DNA of 64,000 nucleotides from Verrucomicrobiia bacterium. GTDB taxonomy: Bacteria; Verrucomicrobiota; Verrucomicrobiia; Limisphaerales; UBA1319. Numbering within the stretch: position 1 is the first letter of the stretch; the number at the start of each line of letters is the position of its first letter. Position numbers and translations under genes: made by a program. This document shows positions 11,444-21,015 of the stretch, piece after piece. Where the stretch lies: the NCBI GenBank assembly GCA_963664225.1, contig OY760937.1:5152001-5216000 (forward strand), read 5' to 3'. The notes below the pieces were generated by a model. That model ran no database searches. It had not been told where the DNA came from and saw only the letters and a list, made by a program, of their open reading frames with translations.

Positions 11444-12856
11444 ATGACGATGTCTAAACACAAATCCAGTGAGGCTGGAATGGCTGAGGTGCTTGCCATC
11501 TCGTTGCCGATGGTCGTTTCACAGGCCTGTGACACGGTCATGGTGTTCACGGACCGTTTGTTTCTTGCGCGGTTGAAACCGGAGTTGATGAACGCGGTTT
11601 TGGGAGGCGGCTTGACGGCGTTCATGATGATGTCGTTTTTCTTTGGGTTGCTGGGATTCACCACCGCGCTGGTGGCCCAACATCTGGGAGCCAGTCGCAA
11701 GAGGGATTGCGCTGTGGTTTTGACGCAGGCGCTGATTTTCGCCTGTATCGCGTATCCGCTCATTCTTGCGTTGCGGCCGGCCGGACATGGCTTGTTCCAG
11801 ATCATGGGGGTGAAGGGGGAACAGCTTGGTCCGCAGATCGAGTATTTCGATATCCTCCTCTATGGATCGCTCATCAGTCTGGTTCGTTTGTGTCTGAGCG
11901 GCTATTTCTCCGGTATCGGGCGCACGCGGATTGTCATGATTGCGTCGTTTGCCACCATGCTCATCAATGTCGGACTGGGTTATGCGTTTATTTTCGGAAA
12001 AATCGGCATTCCAGCGATGGGAATCCGGGGCGCGGCCTTTGCAACGTTGATAAGCGGGGCCGTCGGACTGGTGATTCTGGCGCTTGCTTACTTTGGTGAA
12101 GGTAATCGCAAGGAATTCGGCGTGATGCGGGCATTTCATTTTGACCGGCCGCTGGCGGGTAAACTTCTTCGGTATGGTTCACCGACCGGTTTTGAGATGT
12201 GTCTGAACATCCTGGCGTTTAATGTCATGGTGATGATGTTTCACGCCATGGGGGCATCGACAGCCACGGCGGCCACAGTGGTTTTAAACTGGGACTTTGT
12301 TTCGTTTGTTCCGTTGATTGGCATCGAGATTGGCGTTACCAGTCTGGTAGGCCGATACATGGGCGCCGGAGAACCTGACAAGGCGCATCAATCGGTGATG
12401 TCCGGCTTGAAACTGGGGTTGTTCTATTCGGCCATTGTGTTTGTGTTTTTTGCCGGATTCCCTGGCATGCTGGTGGATGTGTTTCGGCCAGTGGGCCAAA
12501 GTCTGGTATTTGATGCCGCAACGCCCACGGCAATTTTCATGGTGCGAACGGCCTCGGTATATGTGCTGGTCGAGGCCATGCTGTGCGTATTTATCGGGGC
12601 TCTGCGTGGTGCGGGGGATACCTTTTGGGCGATGCGGATGTCAGTCATCCTCCACTGGACCACGGCGGTTGTGTTGGTGTTGCTTTTGAGGGTTCTTTAT
12701 CTGTCCCCGGAAGTGGGCTGGCTGGCGATGGTGTGCTTTTTCCTCGTCTTTTCGGTGGTTGTGTTCAAGCGATATCGCGAGGGAAAGTGGAGAGGTATCC
12801 GTCTGGTGGAAGGGACGGTTGCGGCGCATGCCGGGCCAGTCAACGAGAACATCTGA
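11444..12856 (+). CDS. MATE family efflux transporter
   Basis: About 12 TM segments; DRLFLARL, GIGRTR, GIRGAAFAT, GALRGAGDT. The ORF-track start at 11336 lies inside intron domain VI, so ATG 11444/11450 is preferred. Confidence 0.9.
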   Translation: MTMSKHKSSEAGMAEVLAISLPMVVSQACDTVMVFTDRLFLARLKPELMNAVLGGGLTAFMMMSFFFGLLGFTTALVAQHLGASRKRDCAVVLTQALIFACIAYPLILALRPAGHGLFQIMGVKGEQLGPQIEYFDILLYGSLISLVRLCLSGYFSGIGRTRIVMIASFATMLINVGLGYAFIFGKIGIPAMGIRGAAFATLISGAVGLVILALAYFGEGNRKEFGVMRAFHFDRPLAGKLLRYGSPTGFEMCLNILAFNVMVMMFHAMGASTATAATVVLNWDFVSFVPLIGIEIGVTSLVGRYMGAGEPDKAHQSVMSGLKLGLFYSAIVFVFFAGFPGMLVDVFRPVGQSLVFDAATPTAIFMVRTASVYVLVEAMLCVFIGALRGAGDTFWAMRMSVILHWTTAVVLVLLLRVLYLSPEVGWLAMVCFFLVFSVVVFKRYREGKWRGIRLVEGTVAAHAGPVNENI

Positions 12857-13147
12857 TTTCAACGGCCACACTTGATGACCGGGGCAGGGGCATTCCGATC
12901 CCTGTCCCGATCAAAATCCATGATTTACAAAACAAAGCTCGTTTTATAATCAACAAAAGTCCCGTGGCATGTATCTTGTTTGTGACGGGTTGCCTGAATT
13001 GCAGAGTCCACCAGGCCTGCGCCTGGCTCCAGGAATAGTTGACAATATTTGGCATTTATACAGACTGTCTTGACAGACAATATCAGCTTTTCTTTGATGC
13101 TTTGGAACAGTGCGTTTCAATTTAGAGGTCGGTAAACCAACGATAAT

Positions 13148-13759
13148 ATGACAACGACAATTCTCGCAACAACGCTGGTCGAAGGGTTGCTCGTGTCAAT
13201 GCAGTTCCTGGTGTTCCTGTCGATGGCCATTGGGGGGCTAATATGTCTTGGTTTTGCGGCCATTTTTGGAGGACACCACGATGGCGAAATGGGACACGAT
13301 ATCGGCCATGTGGATCATGCCGGTGATCATGCCAGCGAACATGGCACTGGCCCGTCTTTTTTGTCGCCAAGGGTGTTTCTGGCGTTCCTGACGGGTTTCG
13401 GTGTGGCCGGAGCCATTGCCACGGTATATGGAGCGGGTCCCGGCCTGGCGACCGGCATCGGCTTTATTCCCGGTTTGGTCATGGCAATCCTTGCATGGTT
13501 TGTCGCATATTACCTTTTCAAGGAGCAGGTCAACTCCAGCATTCGTCCGGGACAGGTCGTCGGTTCCATCGGAACCGTTGTCACAGCGATTCAGGCTGGT
13601 GGTCTCGGCGAAATCAATGTTTCGGTGAATGGCCAGATTGTGCCGTACACGGCCGTGGCCGAAGATGGTGAAACTCCTTTTCGGGTTGGAACCCGCGTCA
13701 AAGTGATCCGTGACCTTGGCGACAAAGTTTCGGTAATCAAGGAGACGGGTGGCATTTAA
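13148..13759 (+). CDS. NfeD-like (YuaF/YqiJ-type) membrane protein, flotillin partner
   Basis: TM segments, His-rich loop, C-terminal OB fold (GTVVTAI..GLGEI..GTRVKV); directly upstream of flotillin. Confidence 0.8.
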   Translation: MTTTILATTLVEGLLVSMQFLVFLSMAIGGLICLGFAAIFGGHHDGEMGHDIGHVDHAGDHASEHGTGPSFLSPRVFLAFLTGFGVAGAIATVYGAGPGLATGIGFIPGLVMAILAWFVAYYLFKEQVNSSIRPGQVVGSIGTVVTAIQAGGLGEINVSVNGQIVPYTAVAEDGETPFRVGTRVKVIRDLGDKVSVIKETGGI

Positions 13760-13818
13760 GGTGACGGCACCAAGGCACCGTGAAACGCAAAGGGAATTAA
13801 AACAGCGAAAGGAAGACT

Positions 13819-15654
13819 ATGATCATTCATTCAATGTTGGCGGAAATAAATTACGCCAGGGCGGTTGTTCCAGCGCTAATTGTGGGGTTTTTCATTGGCA
13901 TGCTCTTCATCGTGTGGGCCATGACCAAGCGCTACAGGCGCATTCCCCCGAATGCAATTGGCGTCATCTATGGCAAACGCCGCACTCAGATTACCGGTCC
14001 TGACGGCCAGAAATCGGAAGTGGGCTTCAAATTGGTATCCGGCGGCGCGGTCTTCATTTGGCCGATCGTTGAGGAATACGCGGAAATGTCCACCGAAGCG
14101 TTTCAGATTGAAATCAGTGAGGATAATATCCCATCGAAGAAAAACGTTGGCGTCACTGTCTCGGGTGTCGCCACCTGTCGCATTTCTCCGATTCCCGAAG
14201 AGCAGATGAACGCCGTTCAAAACTTCCTGGGAAAAACGTTGGAGGAAATCAAGGGGATGATCGGTCAGATTCTCCGTGGTCACTTGCGTTCGATTGTCGG
14301 TGGTCTCGAAGTCGAGGAACTGCTGCGCGAACGATCCAAGTTTAACGAGATGGTCGTCAAGGAATGCTCGCCCGAACTCTCCCGCATGGGCATCCGGATT
14401 CTGACTCTGGTCATTCAGGATGTTAAGGACAAGGAGGGCTACATTGATGCCCTTGGAAAACAGGCGGTCGCCATCGCCAAGCGGGATGCGCAAATTGCCA
14501 CCGCCGAGGCGGAGCGGGAAACGAAGGTCAAGACCAGCGATGCCATACGCACGGCAGCCGAGGTCACGGCGCAAAACGATGCCTTGATCAAGGAGGCGGA
14601 AAAGAAGCGCGACATTCAAGTGGCTCAATTCCGGTTGGAGACGGCCACCAAGCAGGCTGAAGCGGACATGGCAGGCCCCCAGGCCAAAACCAGGCAGGAG
14701 CAAATCCTCGCAGTCCTGGAAGCCCAGAGGGACAGTGCCGCCACCGAAGCTCGCACGAAAGTGCAGGAACTCGAGGCGCAGCGCAAACAGAAGGAATTGG
14801 AGGCAACCACCATTGTCACCGCCCAGGCCACAGCGAAAGCTTCAGTCATCAAATCCGAGGGAGAACGCAGCGCCGCGACGGTTCAGGCCGAAGCGCGCAA
14901 AAAAGTCGCCGAGCTTAATGCCGATACCGCCCGGCTTGAAGCCGAGGGACATCGCAACGCCCTCATTCTTGAGGGCGAAGGCGAGGGAAAGAAGCTTCAA
15001 ACCATAGCCGAGGCCCAGGCCATTGCCACGCAAAAGACGAAGACTGCGGAAGCCGAGGGCGAACGTGCCAGCCTGCTGGCCCAGGCGGATGGAACTAAAG
15101 CGGCCAGACTGGCCGAGGCGGCCGGTCGTGAACAATTCCTTCTCGCGGAAGCCAAAGGGAAGCAAAGCATGCTTCTGGCTGAGGCGGATGGTGCTGATAA
15201 AATGGCCGAGGCCATGAAAAAATTGTCCGAACAGGGCAAATTGATCCTGGTTCTCGATCGTCTGCCCCACCTGCTCGAAGTCGGCGGCGAAGCGGGGCAG
15301 AAGATCGCCAAGGCGGTTTTCGATCCCATCGGCGTGGGTGTCAGCAAAATCGGCAATGTGACCATCACCGATCTCGGCGGCGGCAACACGGCGAAGAATG
15401 GCTTGTCCGCCATTGGGAACCTCGTTCCTCAAATCGTGGTGGACTTCTTCACGCAGGCGAAAGCGCGTGGCATAGATCTCACGGAGCTTCTCAAGGCTTT
15501 GAAGATGGATCCGGCCCAATTGACCAGCATGCTCAATCCAACCGCGGAATCACAGCTTCCAACAGATGGTGCTGCTGAGGCTGCGGACTCTGCGAATCGG
15601 ACTTCGGCACACAAGAGTGCCGGCGGCAACGCCACAAGCACCGAGGCCAATTAG
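13819..15654 (+). CDS. Flotillin / SPFH-domain protein
   Basis: N-terminal TM, GGAVFIWPI, GHLRSIVG, GYIDALG, long AEA-rich coiled coil. Confidence 0.92.
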   Translation: MIIHSMLAEINYARAVVPALIVGFFIGMLFIVWAMTKRYRRIPPNAIGVIYGKRRTQITGPDGQKSEVGFKLVSGGAVFIWPIVEEYAEMSTEAFQIEISEDNIPSKKNVGVTVSGVATCRISPIPEEQMNAVQNFLGKTLEEIKGMIGQILRGHLRSIVGGLEVEELLRERSKFNEMVVKECSPELSRMGIRILTLVIQDVKDKEGYIDALGKQAVAIAKRDAQIATAEAERETKVKTSDAIRTAAEVTAQNDALIKEAEKKRDIQVAQFRLETATKQAEADMAGPQAKTRQEQILAVLEAQRDSAATEARTKVQELEAQRKQKELEATTIVTAQATAKASVIKSEGERSAATVQAEARKKVAELNADTARLEAEGHRNALILEGEGEGKKLQTIAEAQAIATQKTKTAEAEGERASLLAQADGTKAARLAEAAGREQFLLAEAKGKQSMLLAEADGADKMAEAMKKLSEQGKLILVLDRLPHLLEVGGEAGQKIAKAVFDPIGVGVSKIGNVTITDLGGGNTAKNGLSAIGNLVPQIVVDFFTQAKARGIDLTELLKALKMDPAQLTSMLNPTAESQLPTDGAAEAADSANRTSAHKSAGGNATSTEAN

Positions 15655-15677
15655 CTCCGATCCAACGTTCATAATTC

Positions 15678-15713
15678 AAACCGGCTGTCGTGAAATGACG
15701 CAGCCGGTTTTTT
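15678..15713 (+). terminator. Intrinsic terminator after flotillin
   Basis: AAACCGGCTG...CAGCCGGTTTTTT. Confidence 0.85.
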
Positions 15714-15806
15714 ATGAAGTTTGGAAACGGATATCCTCAGAACTTTTTCTGCCAATTTGAAATACTTTGTCACGTCTTCGCACTTTTCAACCACTGATGC
15801 GACGAT

Positions 15807-18011
15807 ATGATGATAGCCAGAATGACTCCCGAGGCCACCAGTGAGGATGCGGAATTGGTCAACGCCAGCCTCGCGGGCAATCGCGAGGCGTTCGGACAGA
15901 TTGTTTCGCGCTATCAGTCGCTCGTCTGTTCGCTGGCTTACAGCGCCACTGGCAGTCTAAGCCACAGTGAAGATCTGGCGCAGGAAACCTTTCTCACCGC
16001 GTGGAAACACCTGGCCGAATTGCGCGAACCGGCGAAGCTGCGCGCGTGGCTTTGCGGGATCGCGCGCAATCTCATCAATAGTTCGCTGCGAACACAAGTA
16101 CGCGAGCCAAGCCATCGCGCCGAATCGCTGGATGTAATCACCGAATCGCATTCGCCTGAACCATCGCCCGTCGAACGCGCCATCAGCCAGGAGGAGGCGG
16201 ATATTCTGTGGCGCTCGCTGGAGCGGATTCCGGAAAACTATCGTGTGCCGCTCGTCCTGTTTTATCGGGAACACCAATCCGTCGAAGCCGTTGCTCAAAA
16301 TCTGGAATTGGAGGAGGACGCGGTGAGACAGCGCCTGTCGCGCGGGCGAAAACTGCTGCAGGAGGAAATACTGGCATTTGTGGAAGGCGCGCTGGAAAAG
16401 ACTTCGCCGGGCAGGACGTTCACCCTGGCGGTAGTCGCCGCGCTGCCGATCGGTGTCACTTCGGCCACAGCGGCAACGGCCAGTGTCGCCGTGGCCAAAG
16501 GCGTGACGGGTGCAAAAAGCACCTTTGCGCTGGGCGCGTTGGTCGGATTGATGGCGATGCTGGGGGGTATTGCGTTCTCATGGAAGACAGCCGTGGAGGA
16601 CTCAAAATCTCTGCGCGAAAGACGCTTCATGGTCCGAATGGGCTGCTTTCAGCTCGCTTTTTTCGTGGTTTCGATGGGAGCGGCCATGTATTTGCTTCCG
16701 AAACTTTCCGAGCGGCCTTGGACTTTCGGCCTCTTTCTGGCTTTGCTGATTGCAGCCAACGTCGTCAACGGGGTTGTTGTGCTTACCTATATGGTCCGCA
16801 GGCGGCTGGAAATCGGCATGGAAGAGGGCACATGGACCGAGTCGCTTGCGGGTGGACCGGATAATGTGAACAGGCCCAAAGCGGTTCGCAGGGCATTCAA
16901 ATTGACGATTCCATTTCTGATCATGCTGGCGGGCATGGTTGTCGCGCTGCCGTGGAAACAGCATTGGATCAGAAGCGCCATCGTGACGGGGGCGGACGTT
17001 CTGATCATCCTTTGGTTTTTTCGCCGGACTCTGCGGCAACTGTGTTTCCAGAATCAGCCGCGCCTGAAATCCAAGCTTCCGGAGTTTATGCAAAACCCTT
17101 TCATCAAGCTTTCCTTCATGCTCTTTATCACCATGCTCGTCGCGGGTGTTGGTGGAATTCTGCTGCCGTTTTTTCTGAATCCCGAGGCGATGAAATCGGG
17201 TATCCCTGTTGCGACATGGCTGCGTCCGTTTGGCCTCTATTTTTTGGTCGCCGTCCTCGTCTATGTCATCGTGGCCCTGATCTTCTTTCGACGGCGCCAA
17301 ATCCTCCCGAACTGGAAATGGCTCGCCGGCAAGTTGGACATGCCGTTTTTGAATCAACTTCAGGCAATGACCCAGGGACCGGACGCCGTCTTCAAGAAGA
17401 CTTATGCGCCGCTCTTCCAGCAACTCAATCTTGGGCAGGACCAACGCGTTCAATTGAAGGATTTGGTCCTTAAGCGGACCATGGTCGGCGTTCGCGTGGG
17501 CATGACCCTGATGAATTCGAAGCTCGACGCGGCAAAGCGCACCGAACTCGCACAGGAAACCAAACGCGAAACCGATGGTTGGAATACGAAGATCAAGGAA
17601 TACTTGGGCGCGGAGAATTATGCGCAGTTTCAGCAATTCGAAAAGACAGTTCCCGACCGGACGATGCTCAATATGTTCGCCAAACGGTGTGACAAAACCG
17701 CTACAGCATTAAGTCCGGAGCAACAGGCGCAACTGCTGCAGGCGCTGACGCAGGCTCGCGAGGAATACCCATGGACCACGGAGTTAAGCCGTCGGAACCA
17801 GAACGCCGGCGATTACGAAGGGTTGTTCACGGAAGCCAATATGAGCACCTTCGCATTGGAGGAGGAGCAGTTCGACCGCCAATTTCTCGCACAGGCACAA
17901 CTGATTCTGAACCCGGAACAACTCGCGGCGTTTGAAAAACACCAGCAACGTCAGCGCCAATCCCAGGTTGCCCAATTCAAAATGGCCGCAAAACTGTTCG
18001 TGCCAAAATGA
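15807..18011 (+). CDS. ECF sigma factor with multi-TM and soluble C-terminal extension
   Basis: DAELV, EDLAQETF, AWLCGIARN (region 2); LERIPENYR..LVLFY, AVRQRLSRGR (region 4); then about 7 hydrophobic helices and a ~220-aa helical domain. Confidence 0.88.
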   Translation: MMIARMTPEATSEDAELVNASLAGNREAFGQIVSRYQSLVCSLAYSATGSLSHSEDLAQETFLTAWKHLAELREPAKLRAWLCGIARNLINSSLRTQVREPSHRAESLDVITESHSPEPSPVERAISQEEADILWRSLERIPENYRVPLVLFYREHQSVEAVAQNLELEEDAVRQRLSRGRKLLQEEILAFVEGALEKTSPGRTFTLAVVAALPIGVTSATAATASVAVAKGVTGAKSTFALGALVGLMAMLGGIAFSWKTAVEDSKSLRERRFMVRMGCFQLAFFVVSMGAAMYLLPKLSERPWTFGLFLALLIAANVVNGVVVLTYMVRRRLEIGMEEGTWTESLAGGPDNVNRPKAVRRAFKLTIPFLIMLAGMVVALPWKQHWIRSAIVTGADVLIILWFFRRTLRQLCFQNQPRLKSKLPEFMQNPFIKLSFMLFITMLVAGVGGILLPFFLNPEAMKSGIPVATWLRPFGLYFLVAVLVYVIVALIFFRRRQILPNWKWLAGKLDMPFLNQLQAMTQGPDAVFKKTYAPLFQQLNLGQDQRVQLKDLVLKRTMVGVRVGMTLMNSKLDAAKRTELAQETKRETDGWNTKIKEYLGAENYAQFQQFEKTVPDRTMLNMFAKRCDKTATALSPEQQAQLLQALTQAREEYPWTTELSRRNQNAGDYEGLFTEANMSTFALEEEQFDRQFLAQAQLILNPEQLAAFEKHQQRQRQSQVAQFKMAAKLFVPK

Positions 18012-18051
18012 CGGGGAACGGTTTGCCATCACGCGGCAAAACTGGAATGCG

Positions 18052-20916
18052 TTATTTCGCCACTTTGCCTGGGTCATCCCATCGCACGGTGCGCAGCTCA
18101 TACGGATGCAGTGAGAGTTCCAGTTTATCACCTTGCAAGGGCAGGGGACTGCCGGTCACGGCATTATAAGGCGTGCCGGAATTCAACAGACGGATTTTGA
18201 TGCCGTTCTTTTGTTTGCTGCTCGTGTTCACCACCGCCATCCATGCGCCTTGCTGCTCCGTGCGGATGACGCGCACAGCGATGTCGTTGTCGTCGCAGGC
18301 GTCCGTGATTCTCTTGCTGGGCAATGCGGGCAATGCGAGATAATTGGCGTTGAACTCCCGCACGTAGATGGGAAAGCCGCGTCCGAGATTGTTGCCGAGC
18401 AGGTAGCCCAGCATGCTTGGATCGCCATTGGCCATGGCCAGCGCCTCGGCCATCATGCAGGCGGGGCCGGCCCGTTCGAAATCGGCCACGAAATAGCCAA
18501 GCTTTTCCCCGTCCCTGGTATCGAACATCATGTTTTCGTTCAGTGAATAATGCCGCACAAGTGCCAAACCCGCAGGACCGCGAAAGGCATCGAATGTCGC
18601 AGACGATTTCACCGTGTAGCTTCGATTAAAGCAATGGGTCATGAGCACTCCGGGCGTCTCACGGTAGCGTGCGGGATCGGCGGGTGGATTGCCGTGATTG
18701 ATCTCCCATGCGCCCCAATTGAGCGGCGCTGCCTGCAGGGCCTCCAGATACAGATTCCCATCCAGGACACTTTGCACACTGATCGGCCGGATGGCTTTGC
18801 CGTCCACGATTTGACCCGGTGCATTGAGTATGCCGCGCCAGCCTTCCACATCGTCGGTCACCAGTTTCTTTTCCCAGGTTGGAAAGGCCGGACCCGGCTC
18901 GCCCGCTTCAGCGGTAAACAGCACCGCAGCCTCCGGGAGACCATTGGCGCGCAGATAATCGCGAATGGCGGCGAGAAATTCGCGGCGTTTTCCAAACCAC
19001 CACGCCTCGTATCGCTCCAGCAACTTTTTGTCGGCGATGAGTTCGGCGCGCGTCACTGCATGGCCGTCGTTTCCTTCCCGGGCAAACCGTCCGCGCGTTG
19101 ACTCGCCAAAGCCCATCGGCAATTGCCAGCGCGGCCGCAGCCAGATGCCGTCGAAGCGGCACTTGTCTTTGAGCCGGACCACGGTGACATCGAGCATCTT
19201 CTGGAAATCCGCCAGTGTATCCGGATCGGTGATGTCCGCGTTCGCACTTTCGACCCACGAAATGGCTGTAAACGCATCGTCGCGTGTGAGCGGCTGGCAG
19301 CGGCGCTCGTAACCCAGACCCCGGCCTCCCTTGCTTCCCGCGTATTCGTAATACGGCATCAACTCAAGACCGCAGTCGCCCATCAGCGAAACTATCTGCT
19401 CCCACAAATCCTTCGTGCCCGAGGCGAAATGGATCCAGTCGTTTCCGCCGTGGGGCGTCGGATCCCAGTGCTGGCACGCGCCAAATTCCAAGAGGTCCTT
19501 GCTGAAGGTGTTCATGCCCAGAAACCGCATCTGGTTTGCCTTGTAGCGATACCAGTCGAGGCGTTCTTTAACACCGCGCTCCGTGAGTTTGTCGCTCTCA
19601 ATGACTCCATCAGCCATTTCTTCGCGCCAGGTAATATGACGTCGCGGGAGTGGCTCTGGCGGCAATCGAAGCGGTTGGGTGAGCGCCGTTTTATTGGGAA
19701 CTTCCAGCAGTCGGATGCGCGACACCGCCGCTCCATGTGACGTGGGATCGTTCGGCGCGGAGAATTGCGCGATCACCACATCAAAGCCGTCCTCGATGCC
19801 CAACTTGCGTTCCCCGGGTCCTCGAATGAAGGCGAGATCAGGGAAGCGATCATGAAGGTTAAAATAAAGCGACCAGGTTTCATGGCCCCCGGAAAGCGGA
19901 ATTTGCAACGACTCGGGATTGCCGTTCACATACTTGGCGTTAAGGGCGTCGCCGATGGTGTTACCGGTATGAAACCCACGCGATGTCTCGTTTCCGCCGT
20001 TCATCACCACATAACTGCGCGGTTGATCCTCTGGATATTCGACCGCCAGCACATACGCCGCGCCCGGTTTGAGAAGTTTCCACTGGCCGATGCGAAACGC
20101 CATGTAGCTGCTCTGGTTGGTGGCCGGTTGCAGCACCCGGTAGGGGCGACCCAGAATTGTTTCGACACGGCTTGCGCCAGCCGGGTTCTCGCGAAACAAA
20201 TGCCCCGGCGCCGCACTCCCACAATCCACCTCATCCACCACCTGAACACGACCGAACGGGGGCATTTCCACCCACGGCCGTCGCGCGACTTCCTCCCTTG
20301 CTTTCGCCAGTGCCGCTTCACGTTCCGCGCGCGCGGCAGCCTCAGCGGCCAATTGCGCCTGACGTTTTTGGAAACCCTCAGGGGTGAATTCGTACACGGC
20401 CAACCCGGTGAAATTTGCCCCGGCCGATTCCAGTTCAATCCTCAAATAACGTGATGTAACTTCAAGGGGGCAATGCACCCATTGCTGATAAAGACCACAA
20501 TCGTTTGTGAGAACCTTTTTCCAATTCCCCGGTTCGCCGGTCGCCACAGTCCAAACGCCTGTGCCGTGCGTGTCATAAAACCACAGGGAGGACAGGTGCC
20601 GCGTCTGCCCCAGGTCGAGCGTGGCACTAAAGGGAAATTGGTTCCAATACTGTGCCGAAATGTTCCATCCTCGCCCTCCATGCTTTGGCGCGGCATTGGT
20701 GGTGCCGGGAGTGAAATCCTGTTCCTCGCAAAAACCCGAGAAATCCGCCTGCTCCGAACTGCTGCGGATCATTTGTGGCATCAGCGGAATCCTCGCCTCC
20801 TGGGCATAAAGACTGCTCGTGGCCAGCACGTTGACCACAATGGCCAGACTGGCCAGCATGGGCCAACTGCAATTTTGCCAATTTGACATGGGCGGAATGT
20901 ATGGCAGGCGCGGCAT
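18052..20916 (-). CDS. Secreted multidomain hypothetical protein, glycoside-hydrolase-like (F5/8-like N-domain)
   Basis: 954-aa ORF with signal peptide; LDLG..LSSLW/SRYLRIEL discoidin-like motif; C-terminal beta-sandwich-like tail (LSLHPYELRTV). Confidence 0.6.
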   Translation of the reverse strand: MPRLPYIPPMSNWQNCSWPMLASLAIVVNVLATSSLYAQEARIPLMPQMIRSSSEQADFSGFCEEQDFTPGTTNAAPKHGGRGWNISAQYWNQFPFSATLDLGQTRHLSSLWFYDTHGTGVWTVATGEPGNWKKVLTNDCGLYQQWVHCPLEVTSRYLRIELESAGANFTGLAVYEFTPEGFQKRQAQLAAEAAARAEREAALAKAREEVARRPWVEMPPFGRVQVVDEVDCGSAAPGHLFRENPAGASRVETILGRPYRVLQPATNQSSYMAFRIGQWKLLKPGAAYVLAVEYPEDQPRSYVVMNGGNETSRGFHTGNTIGDALNAKYVNGNPESLQIPLSGGHETWSLYFNLHDRFPDLAFIRGPGERKLGIEDGFDVVIAQFSAPNDPTSHGAAVSRIRLLEVPNKTALTQPLRLPPEPLPRRHITWREEMADGVIESDKLTERGVKERLDWYRYKANQMRFLGMNTFSKDLLEFGACQHWDPTPHGGNDWIHFASGTKDLWEQIVSLMGDCGLELMPYYEYAGSKGGRGLGYERRCQPLTRDDAFTAISWVESANADITDPDTLADFQKMLDVTVVRLKDKCRFDGIWLRPRWQLPMGFGESTRGRFAREGNDGHAVTRAELIADKKLLERYEAWWFGKRREFLAAIRDYLRANGLPEAAVLFTAEAGEPGPAFPTWEKKLVTDDVEGWRGILNAPGQIVDGKAIRPISVQSVLDGNLYLEALQAAPLNWGAWEINHGNPPADPARYRETPGVLMTHCFNRSYTVKSSATFDAFRGPAGLALVRHYSLNENMMFDTRDGEKLGYFVADFERAGPACMMAEALAMANGDPSMLGYLLGNNLGRGFPIYVREFNANYLALPALPSKRITDACDDNDIAVRVIRTEQQGAWMAVVNTSSKQKNGIKIRLLNSGTPYNAVTGSPLPLQGDKLELSLHPYELRTVRWDDPGKVAK

Positions 20917-21015
20917 GGGTGAGAATCTCTTTTTGCACCTTTTCCATTCATGGCCATTTTGTTACGCATATTTCTTTAAGGTGGAAAGCGAAGGATTTTG
21001 AGCTTAGTATGAAGC

